Source: Anaerolineae bacterium (GTDB lineage: Bacteria; Chloroflexota; Anaerolineae; Aggregatilineales; UBA3940). Taken from it: a stretch of 64,000 nt of DNA. The DNA lies in the NCBI GenBank assembly GCA_034435375.1, contig DAOTXR010000037.1, positions 76,280 through 140,279 of the forward strand, written 5' to 3'. The notes under the pieces were generated by a model that searched no databases, was not told where the DNA came from, and was given only the letters and a program-made list of their open reading frames with translations. How positions within the stretch are numbered: the stretch's first letter is position 1; each line of letters opens with the position of its first letter. This document shows positions 44,685 to 51,992 of this stretch, piece by piece. Made by a program: the position numbers and the translations under genes.

Positions 44685-45860
44685 TTATGAGGTTTCCTCC
44701 GGCACAAAACGCAGCGTCAGGACCCCGTCCTGCAACCGCGCTGATTCGATATCCAGCGACCACAGCACGCGCGGCAGGACGATGTTCCGGCGGTATGTTC
44801 CAACACCCAGCGTCAGTTCGTCCTCGGAACGGTACAGATCGATCTGGGTTCTGTCAGCCAGTGGCAGGGGGAGGTGTAAAGAGTAGCTGTTGTCGCCGTG
44901 TGGCACCAACCTCTGGACGCTGCCTTCGAAGAAGCGTTCAGTTGGGTCGCGCCCATCGAATAACGTTTCACCCATGCGGCGCAGCAGATCAAAGCCGCCC
45001 ATCTCACGCTCGAACAGCGGAGCAGTCAGCAGGGGCAGTGGATCAAAACACTCGTGGATCAGCGCCAGGTGTTCAGCCTGGGATTCTTTCCAAGCCCGGA
45101 AGTAGGGATCGGAGATGCTATCTGGCAAAATGCGATTGCAGATCACGGCGTCCACCGGGTAGCCGTACAGGTTGAGGTAGGTGTAGGTCCGCTGTGTCTC
45201 CTTGATCACCATACGCTCGGCGTTGATCACCATCCGCATCGATGAGCGACTGCTATCGGCCAGCATGGCCCGCACCTCGTCCAGCGTGTCAAACAGGCGC
45301 TCAACAGTGTTGATTGCCTCTACGTCGGGCGCATTGACACCCAAGGGCCGCGCAACCGGCGATAGCAGCCGGGCCGCGGTACGTCCCAGAGGGATGAACT
45401 TCTCCACCCACCAGCGGGCCACATCGGGCAGGCTGAGCAGCCGCAACGTCTCAGCGGTGGGAGCCGCATCGATCACGACCACCTCATACTGGCCGCCCTG
45501 GGCGTACTCGGCTAGCCATAACAGGCTGGCCCCTTCTTCCAATCCCGGCAGGACTGTCACCTCCTCGGCAACCACGTCTCCTGCCCCTCGTTGGGTGAAG
45601 AGGCTGATCATGAACTTCTGGAAGGCGCCCCAGTACTTGTCAATCGAGTAGTGTACGTCAATTTCCTGCGCGTCGAGGTTAGGAATGACGCGCCTTGGCT
45701 CAGGTCCAAGCTCGGCTTGAAGCGAATCGCCCAGCGAGTGCGCCGTGTCGGTGCTGATGACCAGCGTCCGATAGCCTAGGTCGGCGCAGCGGACGGCCGT
45801 CGCCGCCGCGACACTGGTCTTGCCCACTCCTCCCTTGCCGGTATAGACGAGTACCCGCAT
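44685..45860 (-). CDS. ArsA/GET3-family ATPase with a C-terminal HSP20-like domain
   Basis: It has the deviant Walker A GKGGVGKTS, STDTAHSL, and a C-terminal alpha-crystallin-like segment (YSLHLPLP..LTLGVGTYRRNIVLP..GVLTLRF). Confidence 0.88.
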   Translation of the reverse strand: MRVLVYTGKGGVGKTSVAAATAVRCADLGYRTLVISTDTAHSLGDSLQAELGPEPRRVIPNLDAQEIDVHYSIDKYWGAFQKFMISLFTQRGAGDVVAEEVTVLPGLEEGASLLWLAEYAQGGQYEVVVIDAAPTAETLRLLSLPDVARWWVEKFIPLGRTAARLLSPVARPLGVNAPDVEAINTVERLFDTLDEVRAMLADSSRSSMRMVINAERMVIKETQRTYTYLNLYGYPVDAVICNRILPDSISDPYFRAWKESQAEHLALIHECFDPLPLLTAPLFEREMGGFDLLRRMGETLFDGRDPTERFFEGSVQRLVPHGDNSYSLHLPLPLADRTQIDLYRSEDELTLGVGTYRRNIVLPRVLWSLDIESARLQDGVLTLRFVPEETS

Positions 45861-45883
45861 GGCAGCTGTCCCTCACACATGAT

Positions 45884-47230
45884 CTAACCCGCTTGGGCCT
45901 TCCGGGTGGCGGTCCTGGCTTGACGGCTGGCGATCCGTTCCACCTCGGCTAGGAAGCGGTCGACTTCTCGTCGAGTGTTATAGTGGACCGCGCCAACGCG
46001 CACCATGCCGCCATGTTCCTCGCGACCCAGCACTTCCATCACTGAGAGAGCATAGTAGTTGCCATCCCATACGTAGATGCCGGCCTTGCCCAACGCCCAT
46101 GCCACGTCCTGTGGAGTTTTGCCCTGGATATTGAAGATCACCGTTGGCACACGCTCATCCAGGCGACCGAGATCGGTAATGCCGCGTATTTCCACGCCCT
46201 TGATCGACGACAAACCCTCAATTAGCGCATGGCTGAGGGTTTGCTCGTAATGGCAGATGGCGTGCATGGCCTGCTTGAGCGTCCGCCTGCGGCCTCTGTA
46301 GCCTTTGCTCTGCTTCTGGAATGGCCCCCCAAACTGCTCGCCGATCCACGCCAGGTACTCCACAGCGGCGGTCACGCCGGCGATCCCTTCGTGGTTCAAT
46401 GTGCCGGTCTCCCAGCGGTCGGGCACTTGTTCTGGTGCAGGACGGACCTTATACACAGGCAAGCGGGCCAGATGATCGCGCCTGCCGTACAGAATCCCCA
46501 CATGTGGCCCGAAGAACTTATACGCCGAGCACACCAGGAAGTCGCAGCCGAGCGCCTGCACATCAATCGGCCCGTGAGGGGCATAATGCACTGCATCAAT
46601 GTATGCCAGCGCACCGACGCTGTGGGCCATCTCGACTACCCCGGCTACATCGTTGATCGTGCCCAGAGCGTTGGAGGCATACACACAGGCCACGACCGCT
46701 GTCCTCTCGGTGATCAGGCCAGCCATGTGGTCGAGGTCGAGGCGGCCCGTCTCAGGGTCGAAGTTGGCCCACTTCACACTCAGGCCATGGTCGCGGGCTG
46801 CCAGCAGCCACGGCGCGATGTTGGCATCGTGATCCATCCTCGTGACCACGATTTCATCGCCTGCGGCCAGCGTGCGGCCAATGGCGCGGCTGATGGCCAG
46901 GGTCAGAGTAGTCATGTTCGCGCCGAACACGATCTCGTCAGGCGAAGGCGCGTTAAGCAGGTCCGCTATCGCCACACGCGCCGCCTGGAGTGTTTGGTCG
47001 GTGAGATGGCTGGTGTGGAATAGGCCGTGCGTATTGCAATTGGCCTCAATCAGGTAGCGGCGCATGGCATCGATCACGCGGGCGGGCACTTGGGTGCCGC
47101 CAGGGTTGTCGAAGTACACTGGCCGGACGCCGCCCACACGCTGGCGCAACGCCGGAAATTGGCGGCGAATGGCAGCCACGTCGAAGCTCCTGGCAGCGGT
47201 GGATGTCTTTGCTTGAGAAGTAGATGCCAT
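45884..47230 (-). CDS. Cysteine desulfurase-like class V aminotransferase
   Basis: It shows the class V fold pattern, the PLP-lysine context SAYKFFGPHVG, and a C-terminal VRVGAVHYNT. Length is 448 aa. Confidence 0.82.
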   Translation of the reverse strand: MASTSQAKTSTAARSFDVAAIRRQFPALRQRVGGVRPVYFDNPGGTQVPARVIDAMRRYLIEANCNTHGLFHTSHLTDQTLQAARVAIADLLNAPSPDEIVFGANMTTLTLAISRAIGRTLAAGDEIVVTRMDHDANIAPWLLAARDHGLSVKWANFDPETGRLDLDHMAGLITERTAVVACVYASNALGTINDVAGVVEMAHSVGALAYIDAVHYAPHGPIDVQALGCDFLVCSAYKFFGPHVGILYGRRDHLARLPVYKVRPAPEQVPDRWETGTLNHEGIAGVTAAVEYLAWIGEQFGGPFQKQSKGYRGRRRTLKQAMHAICHYEQTLSHALIEGLSSIKGVEIRGITDLGRLDERVPTVIFNIQGKTPQDVAWALGKAGIYVWDGNYYALSVMEVLGREEHGGMVRVGAVHYNTRREVDRFLAEVERIASRQARTATRKAQAG

Positions 47231-47297
47231 TTATTCTCCCTCTCGTCAGCGTGTAGACAGCATTCTAAGCCTTCTCTGACCAAGCTGCAAAGCGATT

Positions 47298-49976
47298 CTA
47301 TGGGCCGCTGCCTGCCGGATGGTGGTTGATATGAGCCAGCAGCGTCAACAGGTTAAGCCGTTCGGCCAGCTGTCGCGCTTCGCGGAGGGCAGCATGGGTG
47401 TTGTCCTCGCGTCCCAGCCGCCACTCGAGGTCAGCCAGGTTGTACCACGTGTAGGCCATGCCCACTTCGTCACCCAGACGGCTCTGAAGGTCGATCGCCT
47501 CGCGCCATACCTGAAGCGCCTCTGCCCACCGCTCTTCGTGGATATAGACTGCGCCCAGGTTGGTGAGAACGCGAGCCTGGCCCAGCGCATCGCCCAGAGT
47601 CTGCATCATGCGCAGACCCTCCTCCAGGCGATCTAGCGCACGGCTTGTGTCATGCGCAGCATGATAAGCCATGCCCAGCCGCAGGGTGGTGCGGGCCTGC
47701 CGGGGCAGGTCACCCTCCTCTTCAAAGCGCGCCAATGCCTGCTGTTGGAAGTGAATTGCCTCGTCCACCCTGCCCTGCTGAAGGGTCGCTATTCCCAGGT
47801 TGCTGAGCGTCTCGCCGTCAGGCTGATCGGCCTCGCACGTTGCGAGCGCCTGGTAGAGGAGATCGAGCGCCTCCTCCGCACGCTGGTTGTGCAGCGCCAG
47901 GCCCGCCAATCCGTTGAGCGCTCGGCGGCGCAGGTCGACCGCGCCGTGACGATAGGCAGCGGAGGCGGCGCGCTGATAGGCCAGGTAGGCCGGTCCGGTC
48001 AGCCCCATCGACTGCCGCAGGTAGCCGATCTCAAGCAGCGCCTCGGCCTGGCTGCTGAAATCACCTTGCTGGCCCAGGACAGCTACTGCCTCCTGGAGCG
48101 TGGCCTCGGCTGCATGGCTGTCGCCCAGCCAGCGGTAGGCCACGCCCAGCTCGATCAGCGCACGGCCCAGCCCTACCGACTCAGCTCCGCCCGCCCGGAG
48201 ACGACCCACGGCGTGAAGCAACGCATCGCGCCACACTGCCCATAGGCCAGACCGTCGCGCGGCTGGGGCGACCCGTGCGATCAGGTCGCCAAGCGCCGCG
48301 CCTTCCTGCTCTATGTGGGACCCTTTCGCGATCAGGGTCAGGGTATGTGACAAGCCCTCCGACTCCACGTAGGGGGCTGCCTCGGCGCGGCGCTCGCGGT
48401 CGATCGCTCGCCGCAGCAGCCGCTCGTAGACCGTGGACCACGGCGCATGGCGTGCCCGATCCTCGACGAATAGCCGGGCGAGGGCGTGCATGGTGTACAG
48501 GCGGAACTCGCCGCCAGTGTCGATCAGCGATGTCGCGGTCAACTCGCCCAAGGCGTGATCGAGCGCATCGGGAGGCAGATCGGCCACGGCAAACAGCTCG
48601 TGCCAGCCCACGCCTGTGGGCGGTAGCAGGCACATCGCCAGCGCAACCTGGTGCGCGGCGGCGCTCAGCCGTTCCCAGGTGAAAGCAAACAGCCAATCGA
48701 ACAGCCCTACGCCGTGCGCTGTCATCGATGTGGACAGGTTCTCCAACACGCGGTCCAGCGGCAGCGCACCGAGTTGACTCACCACCAAGCGACCTGCCAG
48801 CGGATTGCCACCCACCGCGGCATAGATGGCATCAATGACGTCCTGAGGCAGCCGCCGGGCCTGAGAGACGTGTCTCAGCCGCGCATAACTGTGCAGCAGT
48901 GCCGCGAACTCGGCGGGCGGCAGCGCATCTACCTGGACCACCTGAACCGGGACATCAGTCGGCGGCCAATGGCGGCTGGTCAGCAGCAGATGGCCCGGGG
49001 CGACCATCATATCGAGTCGAGGCAGTAGTGCGCCCAGGTCTTCCAGCAGGTCGGCGTTGTCGATCACCACCAACACGTGTGTCTCAGCCAGACGCACACG
49101 CAGGTTGGCCTCTACATCCTCCGGGGAGGATTCGGCCCAGTGCAGGTAGCCCAACGCATGAGCCAGCCTGGCCAAGATTGTGGAATAGGTGGTAGGCAGA
49201 TCGAGGTCAATCCAGGCCACATTGCCGACTTGGCCGTCGTCGATCAGGCGCACTGCTACAGCATGGGCCAGCGTCGTCTTGCCGATCCCGCCTGGCCCAA
49301 CCAGCGCCAGGGTGTGCGGCGGTCCAGGCGCGCACAGCAGGTTGAACAAACGCGCGATTGTCTGCTCAACACCGAACAGTGAGGTGTACATAGGCGGCGG
49401 GAGCTTGAGACGTAGCCACTGACGACGGTTGCTGACGCGGGCTGAAGCCTCCAGGCGGCTGAGTATCTCGGCCAGGCGGCGGCATCCATGCGCCAGGCGG
49501 CGGCGCACCTGCCGAGGTGCAATGCCCAGGATGGCGGCAATGTCCTGGACCTGAAGGTCCAGATCGAGGCGGACGTAGCGGTAGTAGAGTGTGCTCCAAG
49601 CCTCCAGTTCGCGGTTGCCTTGTCGGAAGTCTTGGCGTAGCCAATCAAGCGCCACGGTGCGATCTTGAGAAGAAGGGGGGGCAACTCCTACCAACGCCCG
49701 GTGGTGGTGGAGGCTGTCTTCGATGCACGTATTGAGCACTGTACTGAGCGCGACATCGACCTCCACGGGCGACGCGGCGGGTCCTCTCGCTTCGATCTGC
49801 TGGCGCACCCACACCAGCTGCCGCAGAGGATTGTTGCCGAGTGGCTCGGCCTGTCGAGCACACTCCAGTGCATGACGGACAACGCTCTGGTCAATAAGCA
49901 GCACAGCTGTGCGTTCAGACACCTGGACTATTTTCCGCAAGTTCGTACCGAATTTTAACCTTCTGCCTTGCGCCAT
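47298..49976 (-). CDS. STAND NTPase: N-terminal sigma-70 region-4-like HTH, NB-ARC-type P-loop and C-terminal TPR array
   Basis: The HTH-like segment is LQVQDIAAILGIAPRQVRRRLAHGCRRLAEIL. The Walker A is LVGPGGIGKTTLAHA and the Walker B-like motif is VLVVIDNAD. The C terminus has repeated TPR-like units (..LGxxYxxxGxxxxAxxxxxxAL..). Confidence 0.85.
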   Translation of the reverse strand: MAQGRRLKFGTNLRKIVQVSERTAVLLIDQSVVRHALECARQAEPLGNNPLRQLVWVRQQIEARGPAASPVEVDVALSTVLNTCIEDSLHHHRALVGVAPPSSQDRTVALDWLRQDFRQGNRELEAWSTLYYRYVRLDLDLQVQDIAAILGIAPRQVRRRLAHGCRRLAEILSRLEASARVSNRRQWLRLKLPPPMYTSLFGVEQTIARLFNLLCAPGPPHTLALVGPGGIGKTTLAHAVAVRLIDDGQVGNVAWIDLDLPTTYSTILARLAHALGYLHWAESSPEDVEANLRVRLAETHVLVVIDNADLLEDLGALLPRLDMMVAPGHLLLTSRHWPPTDVPVQVVQVDALPPAEFAALLHSYARLRHVSQARRLPQDVIDAIYAAVGGNPLAGRLVVSQLGALPLDRVLENLSTSMTAHGVGLFDWLFAFTWERLSAAAHQVALAMCLLPPTGVGWHELFAVADLPPDALDHALGELTATSLIDTGGEFRLYTMHALARLFVEDRARHAPWSTVYERLLRRAIDRERRAEAAPYVESEGLSHTLTLIAKGSHIEQEGAALGDLIARVAPAARRSGLWAVWRDALLHAVGRLRAGGAESVGLGRALIELGVAYRWLGDSHAAEATLQEAVAVLGQQGDFSSQAEALLEIGYLRQSMGLTGPAYLAYQRAASAAYRHGAVDLRRRALNGLAGLALHNQRAEEALDLLYQALATCEADQPDGETLSNLGIATLQQGRVDEAIHFQQQALARFEEEGDLPRQARTTLRLGMAYHAAHDTSRALDRLEEGLRMMQTLGDALGQARVLTNLGAVYIHEERWAEALQVWREAIDLQSRLGDEVGMAYTWYNLADLEWRLGREDNTHAALREARQLAERLNLLTLLAHINHHPAGSGP

Positions 49977-49992
49977 CGCACAGGCTCAGGTA

Positions 49993-50001
49993 TGCTACAA
50001 T
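49993..50001 (+). promoter_or_regulatory. Candidate extended -10 promoter element for the dNK operon
   Basis: TGcTACAAT, with no convincing -35. It would give a 5' UTR of about 125 nt. It overlaps the divergent STAND gene's start region. Confidence 0.3.
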
Positions 50002-50132
50002 TCCATAAGAGAGTGACTTCGCTGCTAGACTGAGTGTGACCGCTCGGCGCAGCGTGGGTACTATTCAGCCGCACAGCCGCAGCGATGTCGTCCCGATCCG
50101 TCCAAACCACTTCGGACAACGGATAGTTACGT

Positions 50133-51200
50133 ATGACTCGTCACCCCTACATCGCGATTGAGGGTGTTATTGGGGTTGGCAAGACCACGCTTGCCCGCCT
50201 GCTCCAACCACGTTTGGGTGGTGCAGTGCTGCTCGAGGAGTTTGAAGAGAACCCCTTTCTCTCGGATTTCTATGCGGACCGGGTACGCTATGCGTTCCAG
50301 ACTCAGATTTTCTTCCTTTTGAGCCGTTACCGCCAACAGATGGCCACCGTCCGACAGGCATTGCGGCGAGGCCCGGTCATCTCGGATTACACTTTTGCCA
50401 AAGACAGCCTGTTTGCCCACCTGAATCTGAAAGGCGACGAACTTGCCGTTTATGAGCGGCTGTACATAGCGCTGGGTGCGAATATCCCACGGCCTGATCT
50501 GCTGGTTTTCTTGCGTGCGGACCTGGACGTGCTGATGGCACGCATCGCTGCCCGTGACCGCCCCTATGAACGCAATATGGATCGTGATTATATCGAACAG
50601 TTGCGGGCTGCCTATGAGCAGTTCATCGCCGATTACCATGAGGCGCCTGTCCTAGTGATCGATACTAACAACCTGAACATTGTGCAAAACCAGGATGACC
50701 TGAACTATATTGCGGAGCGCATCAAGAGTAGCCTGGAGTACGGCATTTACCAGACCCGCCTGCCAGGGGTTGAGGTCCCAATGACCACGGCCAAGCCACA
50801 GGTTATCCTGCAAGAACTGGAGAGCGGTCCGCACCGTCTCTCGGACTTTCAGCAGTTCCACCTGTCGCTGGACGCCGACAAGGGTTTTGATCCTGATCTG
50901 TTTATGAATTTCATTGCTTTCAGCGAGGAGATTGGCGAGCTGGCCCGCGTCTTGAAGTGGATGTGGGCCAGACAGGTTCGGCTGCAAGGGGAAGGGCGGT
51001 CGCCGCAAGAGGCGCACAGTGTGGCTGTAGACGAGTATCGCTCCTCGATTCAGGATGAACTGGCCGATTGCCTGGCCTATTTGCTCAAGCTTAGCAACTA
51101 CGTTGGTATTGACTTGGAACAGGCTTACCTGGACAAGATGAGCGTCAATGCAAACCGGCGCTGGCGCGACGGTCGGATCGTGGAAAGGGAAGAAGAATGA
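50133..51200 (+). CDS. Deoxynucleoside kinase fused to a MazG-like all-alpha NTP pyrophosphohydrolase domain
   Basis: The N-terminal dNK has P-loop IEGVIGVGKTT, EENPFLSDFY..FQTQIFFLLSR and a lid RIAARDRPYER. The C-terminal 120 aa or so carry MazG-type acidic motifs (FSEEIGELARV and IQDELADCLAYLL). Confidence 0.85.
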   Translation: MTRHPYIAIEGVIGVGKTTLARLLQPRLGGAVLLEEFEENPFLSDFYADRVRYAFQTQIFFLLSRYRQQMATVRQALRRGPVISDYTFAKDSLFAHLNLKGDELAVYERLYIALGANIPRPDLLVFLRADLDVLMARIAARDRPYERNMDRDYIEQLRAAYEQFIADYHEAPVLVIDTNNLNIVQNQDDLNYIAERIKSSLEYGIYQTRLPGVEVPMTTAKPQVILQELESGPHRLSDFQQFHLSLDADKGFDPDLFMNFIAFSEEIGELARVLKWMWARQVRLQGEGRSPQEAHSVAVDEYRSSIQDELADCLAYLLKLSNYVGIDLEQAYLDKMSVNANRRWRDGRIVEREEE

Positions 51201-51880
51201 TGATCAGCAAAAAGTTCGTCGCGATTGCAGGCAACATTGGAGTCGGCAAGAGCACGCTGACGCGCATGCTATCTGAACGTCTGGGCTGGGCGCCCTTCTA
51301 CGAGGCTGTCGATGACAACCCCTACTTGGCCGACTTTTACCGGGATATGCGCACATGGAGCTTCCATTCGCAGATATTCTTCCTCTCACGACGGCTGCGC
51401 CACCACCGCCAGCTGCTCGATCATCCTAACTCGGTAGTCCAGGACCGCAGCGTGTACGAGGACGCCGAGATCTTCGCCTGCAACCTGTACCAGCAGGGCC
51501 ACATGGACGAGCGCGACTATCGCAGCTACCGCGAGCTGTATGAGACGCTGGTCCAGTTCCTGCCGCCGCCTGACATGGTGATCTACCTTCGGGCTTCGGT
51601 TGAGACGTTGCTCAGCCGCATCCGTATGCGGGGCCGCGAGTTTGAACAGGACATCGATCCCGGCTACCTGCATCGTTTGAATACTTTGTACGAAGACTGG
51701 GTCAGGCGCTTCACTGCCAGCCCGGTGCTGATCGTCCCTGCCGACGCATTGGACTTTGTCGCCAACAGCGCACATCTTGATCTGATCATCGAGAAGATAC
51801 GCGAGAAGTTAGAGGGCAAGAGCGAGGTCTTTTTTCTAGCTGAGGACATCGCGCGAGCCAATGGTATGGCTGCCGACTAA
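51197..51880 (+). CDS. Deoxynucleoside kinase (dGK/dAK-type)
   Basis: It has P-loop IAGNIGVGKST, DDNPYLADFY..FHSQIFFLSRR and lid RIRMRGREFE. ATGA overlap with the upstream gene. Confidence 0.9.
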   Translation: MMISKKFVAIAGNIGVGKSTLTRMLSERLGWAPFYEAVDDNPYLADFYRDMRTWSFHSQIFFLSRRLRHHRQLLDHPNSVVQDRSVYEDAEIFACNLYQQGHMDERDYRSYRELYETLVQFLPPPDMVIYLRASVETLLSRIRMRGREFEQDIDPGYLHRLNTLYEDWVRRFTASPVLIVPADALDFVANSAHLDLIIEKIREKLEGKSEVFFLAEDIARANGMAAD

Positions 51881-51937
51881 GCTCTAGCTCCTGGCCCAGT
51901 CGGCAGCCCTCAATTGCTCTCTGTATCTCCGAAGACG

Positions 51938-51971
51938 AGGGCCGGGCAGACATGTCCGGCCCTTCTGTCTT
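51938..51971. terminator. Hairpin terminator between convergent genes
   Basis: The stem is AGGGCCGGGCA / TGTCCGGCCCT (11 bp including one G-U) with loop GACA, followed by TCTGTCTT on the + strand. Confidence 0.55.
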
Positions 51972-51992
51972 AGAGCGAGTTACATCTATAAA

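Noticed and set aside
47298-51880. The STAND NTPase plus nucleotide-metabolism genes could be an antiphage defence island (Avs-like or nucleotide-depletion system).
   Set aside because: The STAND protein has no nuclease, protease, TIR, SIR2 or other effector domain. The flanking genes look like housekeeping genes. There are no mobile-element or integration signatures. Paired dNK genes are a normal salvage arrangement.
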